From assembly GCA_028534125.1 (NCBI GenBank), contig CM052817.1, forward strand, positions 43,340,001 to 43,404,000: a DNA stretch of 64,000 nucleotides. Reading direction: 5' to 3'. A program made the position numbers and the translations under genes. Numbering within the stretch: the stretch's first letter is position 1; the number at the start of each line of letters is the position of its first letter. This DNA is from Lama glama (lineage: Eukaryota). Below are positions 12,490 to 25,104 of the stretch, in pieces. The notes beneath the pieces were generated by a model, which saw only the letters and a list, made by a program, of their open reading frames with translations, was not told the DNA's origin and did no database searches.

Positions 12490-12965
12490 ATATAGAGTCA
12501 TGGATAACAGTAAGGACACTATTCTAGACTAAAAGAGCCTAAAGAGATATAACCACCAAATGTAACATTATGGAACTTGATTGGATTCGCTTTCCTTTTA
12601 TATAAACAGATACAAAGTCAATAGAAACAAATATAAAAACAACTAGAAAAGACATCTGTGGGACAATAGAGGGAATGTGAATAAGGACTAGGTATCACTG
12701 GATCGATGTTAAATATCTTGGATATGGCGATGCTACTGTGACATGTAAGAGAAGGTCCTTGTCTTAGGAGATGTCTACTGAAGTATTTATGGTAATTTGG
12801 CATGAAGCCTGCAACTCATCTTTAAATGGTGTAACAAAAAAATGGGAATGTATGCATATGTGTACACATACATAGCAAAATGTTAACAACTGTTAACTTT
12901 GTTCTTCAACTTATTCTTTCAACTTTTTCTCTATGATTGAATGTTTCTTAAAAATAAAAAAAAAC
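12490..12965 (+). mobile_element. Old L1 (L1MC/ME-type) 3'UTR fragment
   Basis: TTCTAGACTAAAAGAG..AAGAGATAT.AC.ACCAAATG, CTTAGGAGATG..TACTGAAGTATTTA; A-rich end about 30 nt from the exon 21 donor. Confidence 0.7.
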
Positions 12966-12991
12966 TGAGAAAAAAATGGCACTTATACTAC

Positions 12992-13099
12992 CTCTGAATT
13001 TGGCATGGGTCTTGAATTCAATGACGAGACGGCCATCCTCTCGAATATAGATCCTTATTATCTGAAGCCTTGCAGAGAGCACACTGTCTGTCTGGATTC
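12992..13099 (-). CDS. FRAS1: FRAS1 coding exon 21: GIQTDSVLSARLQIIRIYIREDGRLVIEFKTHAKFR
   Basis: Acceptor GCCCAG|GA, donor GAG|GTAGTA, 108 nt, phase 1 to 1. Confidence 0.96.
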
Positions 13100-14765
13100 C
13101 TGGGCAGGCAACCATACACAAAACATCCAAGTTAGGGCTTGGAGAAGATCTCTCAGCCAGTAACTCCCATGTGAGTTATCCCACTGACACCTCTAAGTTG
13201 AGCTGCACGTTCACTTGAATGCAACTCAGGACAAATTTACATATTTGCATGAACCTAGAGTCTATTTAGAGACATGTATCAATTAACACTGTTTGACAGT
13301 TCATTCTACTTGGTTCTTTGTTTTTTTTATTTTACAATTCTACTCTCTTTGATACAGTCTCTTTATACCTGGAGATGCTACTTAGCCCAGATGCAGGGTC
13401 CCAGTCCATAACTCAGAGAAAAAAAATGGGCCCTAAAACTTCTTACTTTCAACTTTACACCAGGATGTGGTTACAGCATATCTGCTACACACTGCATTTT
13501 CTTTTCCTCACCAGGACACATCTCAGGACTTAACAGAACCATAAACAAGGTTCTAGTGGCTACATTTAGTATTGACAGCCGTGGAGAATTAAAGGTTAGC
13601 CTGCAGAAGGCCAGCCATATATGGCATGACATGAGTCAACTGTGGCTTTAATAAGTTCAGTGGCAATCACGATACCCAGTGAGTTCAGTATGACCAAAAA
13701 CTAAACGGCAATCAAAGGAGGGAAAAAATAGAGTTAAAAAACCCCCCAAACTCGAGGATTTATCTGAGCCAGAGCGTGAGAACTTCCTGAAGTTGTTTTC
13801 CTATGAGAAATATAAAGCAAATAATGATTTGAGCTGAAACCATCTAACAGAAGGAAGGATTGTATTTTCCATTGTAAGAAATGAAGCCCTATCTAAAGAA
13901 ATCTCCTCAGATCAAGCAACTCTGCCTCAGATCAAGTAAGTCATCACCAGGGAGGGAGAGAGGGAAAAAGAGAGCAATAAAATAAGGGGAGATGAGCTTG
14001 GGGCTAGGTGTGACGTAAGGGACACTGAAAACGGGAAAGAGCAAAAGTCAGCTCAGATCCACTGGGGTGAATGGAGGAGAGAATCGTGGGGTTTTGAGGG
14101 ACAGTCACGTGGTGGCAGTGGGAGAAGGTGTGTGAGGGGAGACACCAGAGAGGGATGTGAGCTCCCAGCTGAAGGAGAGAGAAGATAGGAGACAGGAGGG
14201 GGGGCTCCTCTCAAAGAGCAGTAATGGAGACAAGCCTGAAATGAAGGCCACTTTAAAAATTCAGCAATGCAGTTCTTAAAGTAAAACTACGGCTTAAATC
14301 TCTACTTTCAAGATGCAACAAAGGAGCAAACTTGATGCAAATGGAGAAACTGAGCCAGGTTGCTCTTCGCCTATTTTTCCATTTCCGTGCATCTGATTTT
14401 TTTCCTTCAACAACAGGAATTGCACCATTCTTACCTAGGATAAAATGAACATGACTATTTTCCAAAAAATCACACACTTCTCCGAACCCCCTAATGGGCA
14501 TATAGGACCCATCTGTCACTTGCCATCCACGGCTCTGGGCACTGTATCTGGGCGGGGGGCCTTCCAGCATCAACATGTGCGGACATCACTCTTTTTCAGG
14601 AACCACAGATCTATACACTTTCTAGACTTCAGGTGGCTCTCCCTTGACTGAATATAGGGCAACAGGATGAGGAATGCAGCCACTTGTAAAAGTCACTACT
14701 TATTTTTTTTCTCTTAATCTTGCTTGAACATAAGGTAAGACTCAATAAGACATCAAAGGATATAC

Positions 14766-14916
14766 CTGTTCTCCAGAGAACAGTGTCATAGAAGAAGGAA
14801 AACTCCATCTCGGTGTGGTGCTCCAGGGAGGCCCAGCCCCTAGGGGCCGTCACGTAGATGTAGGACACGTAGAGAGGCACGTGCACAGTCAGGAAAGACT
14901 GAGCAGAGTCCCTCAC
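14766..14916 (-). CDS. FRAS1: FRAS1 coding exon 20: VRDSAQSFLTVHVPLYVSY...DTVLWRT
   Basis: Acceptor TTGGCAG|GTG, donor CAG|GTATAT, 151 nt, phase 0 to 1. Confidence 0.96.
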
Positions 14917-16743
14917 CTGCCAAGCAAACGGTGTGCACACAGTGAGGGTTATTTCTCCCCAGGATGAAGTGCACATGAGCATCACGTCTCTGTTCAACCT
15001 TCATTCACTCCTGTAGTCACTCATTCAATACTAAGTGCCCGTGATTGTCTCAGGCACCAGGCAGGTGAGGAGCTGGGTCCTCAGCAGTAGATAGAAACCC
15101 CAAATCACCACCCTAGTAAAACCTACAGTCTAGAAAGGGAGATGTATAAATTTTTAAAATAAAGTAAATAAAGGGATGGGAAGTGCCAGGATGCTTCTTT
15201 AGATAGGATGATCTGAGAAGGCTTTTCTGAGGAAACTTAAACAAAAACAGTTTTCAGGAGTGAGAAGTTTGCCTTCACTGTTCATTTGCATGAAGGCTTG
15301 GCTGAGATTTTTAAGAAGTCACAGTTATTCCTAAAGGATCTGGGGGATCTGGGATCTACTGTCAGCACAAAATCCCTGGCTGACAGACACTGGGCTAGAT
15401 GTCTTCCTATACTGAGATTATTAGTTACAATTTCAGATGAGGTTCGGAGAGGTTATGTCTCGTCCAACTCTGCTGATATCTGATGAAGGAAGATATGAGC
15501 CAGGACTTGGTTCTATGTTCTTTCTGTCATATACCAGCTGTTACAACTCTTTAAAGAAGCAAACAATGAAACAGTTCTTTAAATATATTCTTCTGGTATT
15601 GGTTTAAGAAATGGGATGTATATAATAAGAATTCCTTATCTTTGAGTTTTTAAGCATATTCTGAATAAAAATATTCAAAACTTTAGTGAAAAGAAAAATC
15701 ATGGAGAACAGAGAATAACAGGTTTTGAGGGGTCAGAGGAGGAACCAATCATTCAGCTTTGCAGTTTTGAAAGTGAACGTGGGTTACATAACTGCAGAAA
15801 TAGAAAGAGAAAGCTAAGAATATCTTAAAATTCTATTCAGTAGAGGGCAGTAGTGTATACAAAATGAGAATTGACCAAAAAACCAAAGGCATCTCAAGGA
15901 AACACAAATTTTAATCCAAGGAACTTTCCCAAAATGATTAAGTCCCTCTACAGACTCCCCTCTTTCAGTGTGGTTCAACCTGGTTTGAAATGAAGAATGA
16001 ACATCTGATTTTTAGTTCATGGAGATAACTACTCAAAACTGGGTAGAACCTGCTTTGGAATTGATTTTCCCATGAGGACACACTAGCCTAGTCGCTTCGA
16101 TACAACTGCCCTCCTAGACTATGACTACTTGCTATAACATTTTCTTCTGTTACTGATGTTTAATGACTATTAAACATCATTTTTAAAGTGTCTGTTTTTG
16201 CAAGGGTTCTCAGTGAGGCACAGGTTTGGACTAGCTACGAAAGCAAGGTGTTTCAAACACTTATCTCCCCACAACGTCCGGGACAACAGTGCTCCACCTG
16301 TCTGCTGGAAGACGGGGTGCGCCACCTGTCATTTTGACTCCTTTCCCCACATGGGGAGGAGGACACACCTACTGAGTAATAACCTTCCCATCAAATGTAA
16401 ATCTTTTGGGCTCTCCAAAATACACCCAGAAGAAAAAACGTATTTACTTAGAAGTAAAGACGGTTGGATTTTTATATAAATGACTGTGCCAGACAGTAAT
16501 TTTTTTCATATTAACTTTAACATTTTACACATTACTTTTCCAGTTAATTGACTTTGGAGGGGGCCACTCTAGTCACTACTGCTAAGGAAGGTCTCTCCTG
16601 AGGGACTTATAAACACTCCCTTGGTTGGTGCAGTTCTGGGGATGACTGGATGCAGTGATGTGGGAGATGGAGCGCTTCAGGAACAAAGTTGCACCTGGCG
16701 CCCAGGTGCACGAGGCCTTCGGACAGGCCCACGGGGCGCCCAC

Positions 16744-16958
16744 CTGGAAGTCGGCCGTCACAGAGCCCCCGCAGACATCGATCAGCTCCGTCATATCATA
16801 ATAGGCATCGAACGTCCAGACGCAGCTCTTGAGGTTCAGGTGTTTGTAGAGCTGGATGGTCTTGGGCTCCCGCACGCTGGGGTCGAACTGGAAGGGGCGG
16901 TCGTAGCCAGGCCCCAGGGCCGTGCTGTCGTAGAGCCTGTTGTCCAGGAACCCTGCCT
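16744..16958 (-). CDS. FRAS1: FRAS1 coding exon 19: EAGFLDNRLYDSTALGPGYDRPF...GSVTADFQ
   Basis: Acceptor CCCCCCAG|AG, donor CAG|GTGGGC, 215 nt, phase 1 to 0. Confidence 0.95.
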
Positions 16959-18894
16959 CTGGGGGGTGGGGGGAATGAGCAAGGAACAGTAACTCAGCCG
17001 CTCAGCGGCTCAGCCGCTCTCTCCGGCTGCCCAGGAGTGGGGTGGGGAGGGAGGAGGTGTCCTTTTGACATTAGAGAGCCCTCCCTCCATCTGAGACTGT
17101 TCATGGGGCAGCCCAGGGCTCCTAACACGGCACTTGTCAGCTGCCTGCTGCCACGTGTTTAATAGTGACTGGGTTCACAGCCTCATGGAAGAGACTGCAA
17201 GCGCCCCCAAGTAAAGGTGAACACGTGAGACCATAAATGAAGAAGCCAGAGCTCAGCAGCCCTGCGCATCTTGGAAAAGAAAACACCCTGAAGCTTTGCC
17301 TGTCACACCTGCCAGTCTGGTTCTGTGCTTTGCAATCAGTCCTTGAAGAAGTGGATTTACCATACAGAGAATTTCTTGATGAATTATTATTAAGACTGAT
17401 TTAAAAAAAATAGCTTTTATGGAAAGCCAGTAAACAAACATCTGACTACCTTCCCCCCACCTCCTATGGTTTCTGAACTCTTGGAGGAAAAAGTCTTAAT
17501 TTTGTGTTAATGAGTAAACAGCTCGCTAAGAATGCTTGACTAAACCTCCTCTGCTGCAGGCAAAAATTATTGGTCCAAACACTGCCAAGCAACTGAACTG
17601 CTCTAAATTAAGGAAGACCTTTGTGCAGCAGAGCGCTGAATACAGATACAATTTAAAAATATCAGGGTTAAAATTTCTATAGTCCTCAGAGCAACTATAG
17701 TCTTCTTCTCAAAGAGCTGATGCGTTTCTCTGAATGTTTGACACCAGCACCCAGCCCTCTGCCCCCTAAGGACTAGGGTCTCAATTAATACATGTTGAAT
17801 TTAATTGTGTTTAAGTAGGAAGAGGTGCAAACTTTCAGCCTTTAAACACAGGATGTTTCTTTCACTAGCTGCATATGTGGACCAATTAAACTTTCATCTG
17901 TAGCTCGGTGATTTACGAATCATTTACACTCCACTAATTCCTACTGTATAAAGACCATCACTACCCAAAGTGGTGCTTAATGAATATGGAAGAGCACATG
18001 AATGCTTTTCTGTCTTCAAAAACACTGTTAAATGATTCATCAGTTGCGAAGGGAGGAAATGCACATTTACTGTGCACTTGCTAAGGTGAATGGAAACGGA
18101 CAGGATTCTTTGTAAAGTAAAACGTCTGCCGTGCTGAACACGGAGATGCGCTGTCAGCTCCTCCAGGTCTGCATCAGCTGCAGGGCCCCACGGCAAGCTC
18201 TCCCTGGAGCAGCGGGCATCCAGCGACTGAGCGGGGAGAGGCAGAGAGGTCTGCCCACTGGGTCTGGAAGTAGGACAAGCCTGATGGATGGGCTCTCTTC
18301 AGAGCTCCCTGAAGAATTGGTTGCGACTTTATTGGCTGCATTGCAGGCTGACTTCTCCCTCTGCCCAGTCCTGCCTCCTCTCCTTCCCTTTAAGAGATGT
18401 TGATACCTAACAAGTATCTCATACCCCAAACTCCACCTCAGCTCTTGCTCCTGGAGAACCATCCTATAACATCTAACATCTGCACTTGAGCCTTTGAAAA
18501 TGTTGAGAAAACAGGACTTTAGAGCACAGATTTAAACACAGGAGAAGGAAGAAATTAAAATTTACCAAGATAAAGGCTTTAAAAATGTCGACACATTTAA
18601 TCCTCATCCTGATTGGAAGCAACTGTTATCCTCATGTTATAGATAAGAAAACAGTTGGCTTTCCAGCTATTTTTGTTCAGTTGTACAGGTAGTGAACCAG
18701 GGACTTGAAACTATCAGTCTGATTTCAAAGTCCTTGTTTTTGCCTATATTTCGTTGCTTGCTAAGGAGGAAATCCACTAATCATGCAGATTTTGAGGCCC
18801 AGAAAACATGAAGAGCAGAGTTCACTTAGCCATATCCTTAAGGGTCACTGCGCTGGGCTGGGATGGAAAAATCTGCACGGAGCACTTCCCTCAC

Positions 18895-19055
18895 CTGAGA
18901 TGCCTCTCAGGTCACGGGAGGTGACGAGATTGGAGCAGACGTGCTGGTGTCTGTAGATGGACTCAGATAACAGAAAATGCAAGTTGTGCAACGGCATGGT
19001 GGAGATAAGGGGCAGCATTCCGTCCTGGTGTGGGATCTGCACTGAAATGTGGATT
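18895..19055 (-). CDS. FRAS1: FRAS1 coding exon 18: IHISVQIPHQDGMLPLIST...DLRGIS
   Basis: Acceptor CCCTTAG|A, donor CAG|GTGAGG, 161 nt, phase 2 to 1. Confidence 0.96.
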
Positions 19056-20996
19056 CTAAGGGAAAGAAGGGCAGAGAAACGTGTTTAGGTGCATGCTCTC
19101 AGCAGTTAATATGGTACACTTCCGTCTCATAACTCACTTTGTCTTCACCAATGAATTTGCCGATTTTTTTTTTTTTTCTGAAGCTTCCCACGTAGGATTT
19201 CTCTCTGAACATGAGGGTATGATATACATCTAGAGTTTTTCCCTTCCCCACTGCCCGGGAGATCCTCCAGACTCAGGACTGATAGCGATCAAGAATCACA
19301 GATGTTTGTGTGTACGAGAAGAGATAACATCACAACCACTAAGTACTTTGTAGCTGTCTTTTGCTTTAAAAGCTAAAGCTGAGTGACTGATGCAGGTACG
19401 ACTGCCCTTCTCTGTCACAATGAGTGTCTGTGGAGGTGGGGTAGAGTTGACACATATTTTTTTAAAGTATTTCTGCCAAAAAGACATCATTGAGCTCTCA
19501 AACTCTAGGTTCAGTATCCCTACCCAGGAAAATAGCTCAGAAATAGAAATAATAGAAACAATCCCACTACTCATATGGTCTCCCTCCAGCTGAAAGAGAC
19601 TCCTCCAACTCTCCCCCTACAAGTTTCAGCAACACCACCAGCCCTCACGGGCCTCAATCTGCAGCAAACGCTTCCTTGATCTACATTGTTCAGCATTTAG
19701 GTGCCTTCGCACCAGGAAGCCTGTGACTTACTTATATTGGCCGCTATTCCCTGTGTGCTCTCAGACTCTGTCTCGCCTCCCCACCATGAAGGCAAAGGAC
19801 CATTACTCGCCTCCACTGCTTTTGTCTCTCCAGAGCCTGCGGTACACAATTCTAAATAAAATATGACCTTAATAAATATTGGCTAAGACAAAAGAACAGG
19901 ACTTAGGGGGCTGCATTTTGTTGTTGTGGTTGTACAAGTTTTAAATTTTCAGCGTGTTTATTGAGGGTGCATTTTTACAGTTTGTCTCTCAGCACAAAGA
20001 CCCATGTTTTAAAGAGGAATCAGAACCTTGGAATATAAGCAGGCTGGTTCTTTTGCTAGGAGGGGGTCAGTAGTAACCCTGGGCACTTCTTGTTATTACT
20101 TTTTAACAAAAATAAATTTCATTCTGTTAGAAGAAAAGGATTTGCATATGCTTGGCTCCATGTTCAAATCTGTTTTTTTCATGCAAATGAACCCCCTTCT
20201 CTGACCTCAGGTGCTCATGTAGAGGCACACACATAAACACTGTGAGGTTTAATTAATATGAATAGCATACACGAATTTTTTTTTACTATGCAAAAATGAA
20301 TGTATCCATCCTTCCATCAAAATCATGACGGCACAGGAGGAAAATAAAAGCACATTTGTCCAGTGACTTACAATTTACACAGTGTTATAACTCATTTGTT
20401 CCCTAGATATTTAGTGAGTGCCTTTTAGGTGGTAAGAAGCACTGCTCTAGGCAGAGGGGACATGAAATAAATAATCATGGTCCCTGTCATCATCTCCTGT
20501 GGGGACAGAGAGAGAACGAATAATCATAATGCTCTGAGAGAGGCAGACATGGGTGCCAGAAAAGCTGGAAGGAAGGGCTCCCAAATTAAATTGGGGAAGA
20601 TGATGGAAAAGTTCCTAGAAGAGATGCCATGAGCTAGGTATAGTGGGACAACTGGATTTAACTACACCAAATGGAAGAGGGTGGGGAGAGTTGGAGCCAG
20701 GAGTAGCCACAGGGCAGAGACATGCTACCTAAGAGAGTTTAAAGCCTTGGGGAAGTTACATGTGATTCTCTGTGGGTGGACTGGCAGGTGAAACAAAGGG
20801 ATTGAGGCTGGGAAGATAAAGCAAGGGGCAGATCTTAGGGGGCCTTCAAAGAATGTCAGTGTTTTCTGAAGTCCTCGTCCCCACTATTCTTACTTGCAGA
20901 AGCATCACTCACTGATCTGTCCCAACAGGAACACACACAAAGGCTAGTGGGAGAATCTCTCTGCCCTCTCCTCCTGGAGGGCCCCACCTGCCTGAC

Positions 20997-21229
20997 CTGT
21001 TGGGATGCTCCTTGTGTTTGACGTCCAGGTATTTCAAGGTCGCGATGAAGGACTGAGCCTGGAAGCCTCGGGCTGTCCCAGCCACCACTGGGGTGTGGCA
21101 GATAGCACTGTCTGTTCCAATGGTAACGATGTTGCTCCTCAAGGGGGTCCCCACGTGGCCCACCTTGTCCACAGCCTTGGCCACACAACGCACATGGAAC
21201 CTCCGGCTGAAGTAAATGCTGTCCAGGAC
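20997..21229 (-). CDS. FRAS1: FRAS1 coding exon 17: VLDSIYFSRRFHVRC...KHKEHPN(R)
   Basis: Acceptor TGGCAG|GTC, donor CAG|GTCAGG, 233 nt, phase 0 to 2. Confidence 0.95.
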
Positions 21230-21345
21230 CTGCCAGGAAGAACAGAGCACCTCAGACACGTGTCTGACACTTCAACAGCTCCTTGCACTGCATCTTCTGG
21301 ATGGCCTGACACAGCCAGTATCTGGTACCAGGTAATCTGTGAAAA

Positions 21346-21405
21346 CCATCCATCTATCCATTTACCTATCTATCCATTGATCTATCCATCGATCTATCCA
21401 TCTGA
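21346..21405. repeat. Imperfect (ATCC/ATCT)n microsatellite
   Basis: CCATCCATCTATCCATTTACCTATCTATCCATTGATCTATCCATCGATCTATCCATC. Confidence 0.8.
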
Positions 21406-23512
21406 CCATTTGCTCACCACTGAAGTATGGACCTTCTCCCAGGAGTCAGGCACTAGAGACAGGGCAATGGGTACTTATAGCCTCGAGTGGTAAGTCAGAC
21501 AACGAACAAGTAGACAGATGTAGAGTGCGAACCCAGAGACGACTGGTTCCCAGTGATGGTGCTGTTCTCTTCACATATTAGGTTCAGCACAAGAACCACC
21601 CAAATGGTTTTCAGCCCTTCCAGCAAGACTGGGTAGCCTCCAAATCACTTCTGCTGAGGGCATGGTATCAGGATACAGAGGAAAGATCCTTCTTTTCCAG
21701 GAGTTCTTAGTTTTCCTTCCTTCCTCAGTCCTCTCCTAATTACCGCACACATTGCAAGAGTTATAATAACAAGCAGACGTGAAGTTGAGAACTTGGCCTC
21801 TGACACCTGCTGGCCTTTGAAAGTCTTTCTACAGATTCTTTCATGCCCCCAGATTCACAGAATCTGTAAGGGTGCTTAACTCAGTCTATGCAGAGACAAC
21901 GTAGGTCACCCAAACTCTTTAGGTTTTGTGTGCATATATATAGGGAAGTACATAAAAAGAAAAATTAATTAGATGTTCCATGTGCCACAGACCTCCCACA
22001 AAGCAACCATACAAACTTACAAATTCTACTCATGGAAACAATTTTCACTGAAGTCCATTAAAAATTCAAGATGATTTTTCCATTAAAATTTTTTAATTAG
22101 CTGCCAACACTTTATTTATTTATTTATGCATGGACTTAGTTCAGAAGGGATTTGAGGCATCTTACAAAAATGCCTCCAATGGTATTAAACAGATAATTGA
22201 AGAAATAAAGAAGGAGCAAAGGAAAGTGGGGTAAAAGTATTAGTCACCAATTCACTGCAAGAAGGAAAATGGAAACATAGAGTAAAATCATAAACTTGGT
22301 ACCTGTTAAAAATTTATATTTAGCTCAAATCAGACCAAACCCCCTACATGGTTTTGCTGATCTTATGAAACAATAAGTTCTTAGGTCGTCATTTAAATTT
22401 TTTAATAATAAAGAAGATAATTTAAATTTGAACTAGGTTACGCTGCAGAAGAATTAATCTTCTAGCTGTTCTGAATAAGCTCTGCCGAAGACAATGGACA
22501 CGAGTGACCCGCTTTATCCAAAGCCTCGCACGTACCTCTAACAGCGTTCCTCACTCTGAGCCCAGCCATGTGAAGTCCTTCTAAAGTAAGAACAAACTAT
22601 GGCTTGAATGGGGAAAATCTAAAGAAATTCTGTCTGAAAGAAATCTCTGATTTCCAAAGTTATCAAGTGCACTCACTTCAGTCAAAACTTGCTGAGTGCT
22701 TACCACATGCCAGATACTGCGCTGAGCCTGACTCTCCACTGCTTCCAGCTCTTTCTCTGGAGAGAATGAACTTTATTGGTGTGAGGAACGGAGTCAGTGT
22801 CATGGACTGTGTCCTGAGGTTGAGAAACCACCACTGTCACTGCTCTCTGATGGTACCTGAGGGGTGGGTCTGGCCTCCTTACTCTCTGAGGACAGCAGCT
22901 GCATTCTGAACCCCTTTTCACATCCTCCCACAGGGCACTGAACAATGCAGATCACTCGTAAGCATGCTCTCCTTTTGTTTCATAGCTGGTCCCTACTGTG
23001 TGCCATCAATGTGATGGCCACTTTGGGATGGATCTATAAATGTGTCCAGGTCCTTAAGGAACTTGTATCCTCCTACTTACTGAATGATTAAAGAGGTCAC
23101 AAAAGAAAAGGAATCATTCTTTGTACCTACCTGGAATCTCTGACTTCCTGTGTCATTTATAGATCACTTTTGTATTTGATTTGTCAATGACCTTGTGAAG
23201 TGGATTGAGTGGAAGAGGTATTACCTTGCAGATCACGAAACTGAGACTCAGAGAGGTTAAGTAACCTCTTATTATCACATAGTTAAAAGCAGGCAGAATC
23301 AAGGTTTGTAAACAGGTGTCTGAGTACTTGTTTAGTTCTTTCTACTACAACATACTATCTTTTCCTATATGTAAGAATAACAAGACTGTGTGTGTCCTCC
23401 AGGTACCTGCTTATGTGTTTATTTTATACCAAATGCCACACAGGGACCTTAAGGACTTGGATAGAGAAACGCCAGGACTCTCCCTTCTCAACCAGGCCCA
23501 GACCAGACCTAC

Positions 23513-23788
23513 CATGTGGTTGACACTGGTGAATGGTGTGTTGTCGGTGATGGTCTCAAAGGGAGACCGGGCCCCGTTGCCATCAGTGGGGGCGGCCACC
23601 TCCCAGCTGAACTGCATGGACGTCTGGTTGATGCCGGCCTCACTGCAACGCTCCTTCATGACGGTGTACTTGGGAAAACGGGGGTCGCAGGGCGTGACAC
23701 AGACCAGCGGGTAGCCTGGGGAGGGGGATTTTTTGACTCCTTCCTTGGTAACCTCTTCCACGTGGTCATAGTCAGCAAGTGTGACAAC
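23513..23788 (-). CDS. FRAS1: FRAS1 coding exon 16: VVTLADYDHVEE...PFTSVNHM
   Basis: Acceptor TTTGCAG|GTT, donor ATG|GTAGGT, 276 nt, phase 0 to 0. Confidence 0.96.
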
Positions 23789-24566
23789 CTGCAAAGGAGC
23801 AACAAAGCTTCAGCCCTGGGTGGGTATCGGGAAGGTCAGAGAACGAAGATTCTCTTCCCTGGAGATCCATGAGATCACTCAGCTCCTGGGGATTCTCTAA
23901 AATATAGCAGAGGTTTTTCACCATGCTTGGCCGCGCATCCCTAAAAGATACTGCAGATCTTTGCTGGTGGAGAAGATCCTCCTCCCTGCTGAGCTAAAAG
24001 CTTTATTATCATACTGGTCTCATTCCTAAGTCAGAGCCCCATGCCTCATGTGAAGAATACTTTTTTCCCCTCGCACCCTGTAACCAAAACGATACCATGA
24101 ACAGCAGTTACTAGTTTAAAGTTGCAGTAAATTGTTAATGGTATGCAGTAGCACATTTGGCAAAATAAGAGTAAATACAGGTAGTATATTTCTTCCATGG
24201 TCAAAGAAGAGACATATTTTGAAATGATCCTTCTAGTGTATGAGACGAGTCAGGGGAGGTTATAAGACTTATTTGGGCTGCTTCATTATTATGGGATAAA
24301 CTTCCCTTGGCAACCTCCAGGCACTTTCGTCCTAACTGTAAGGTCAGCGCATTCATTCTGTTCATCCCCACACTGGGAAACTTGGAAGTACATTTCTGCA
24401 GATACTTAATTCTACACACGTGGTGAGTATGTAGAATAACAGATATAGGGTAATATTACTTTGAACTCTTCTCAATCCCACCAAATGAGAAGGTCAGTTG
24501 CATTGTACTTCCTGTCTTTATCAGACTAAGGTATCAACACGGTTTGGTCTCACTCTTATGTCAAAA

Positions 24567-24811
24567 CAAGGTTTCTCATCCTGGGCACTATTGATGTTTG
24601 TGCCAAATAATTCTTTGCCGTTGGAGCTGTCCTGCACATTGTAGGGTGTTTAGCACCACCCCTGGCTTCTACTCACTAGATGCTAATAGCACCTAGTGTG
24701 TCAGTCATGACAGCCACAAATGTCACCAGATATTGCCAAATGGAGGTGATGGGACTGACTGAGGCTTTGGGGGAGGGGACAAGAGGGCTCACTCTTGGTT
24801 GAAAACCACTG
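24567..24811 (+). mobile_element. MER20 (hAT-Charlie MITE)
   Basis: GGTTTCTCA.CCT.GGCACTATTGA...CTGTCCTG..CATTGTAGG.TGTTTAGCA...GGTTGAAAACCACTG; degenerate 8-bp TSD TGTCAAAA / TGTTAGAA. Confidence 0.85.
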
Positions 24812-24916
24812 TGTTAGAAAAATGAAGACGTACAGCACAGAAAGTCCTGCTTCTCTCAACTTCTCATCTAATGACAAAGACATAAAAGCAGCAATCCTTT
24901 GGGTCAAGCAACTCAC

Positions 24917-25104
24917 GATGGGTGGTGCTGGCAGTATGAGACTCCCTGATGCCTCCTGGTCTAGAATCGTCACTGTGGCCGTGGTCACATCGCCAAGAAC
25001 GGCTTCCACTGGGTCATCTGGGCCAAGGACGAGGGAGAAAGATTCATGCCATTCCCTGTCTTCGTTGGACAGGATCTCGACTTTAAAAAAGATATGATCC
25101 ACAC
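24917..25104 (-). CDS. FRAS1: FRAS1 coding exon 15, end of Calx-beta 5: GVDHIFFKVEILSNEDREWHESF...LPAPPI
   Basis: Acceptor GGCAAAG|GT after a long pyrimidine tract, donor ATC|GTGAGT, 188 nt, phase 1 to 0. Confidence 0.95.

Noticed and set aside
13905..13936. CCTCAGATCAAG repeated at 20-bp spacing; similar short duplications at 40711-40735 and 52631-52648
   Set aside because: Ordinary two-copy slippage duplications; not a CRISPR-like or spacer array
16621..16992. 123-aa plus-strand ORF; similar ORFs at 21005-21493, 23516-23872, 26509-27042, 41765-42076 and 54373-54741
   Set aside because: Antisense shadows of GC-rich FRAS1 exons; no recognisable product or independent splice structure
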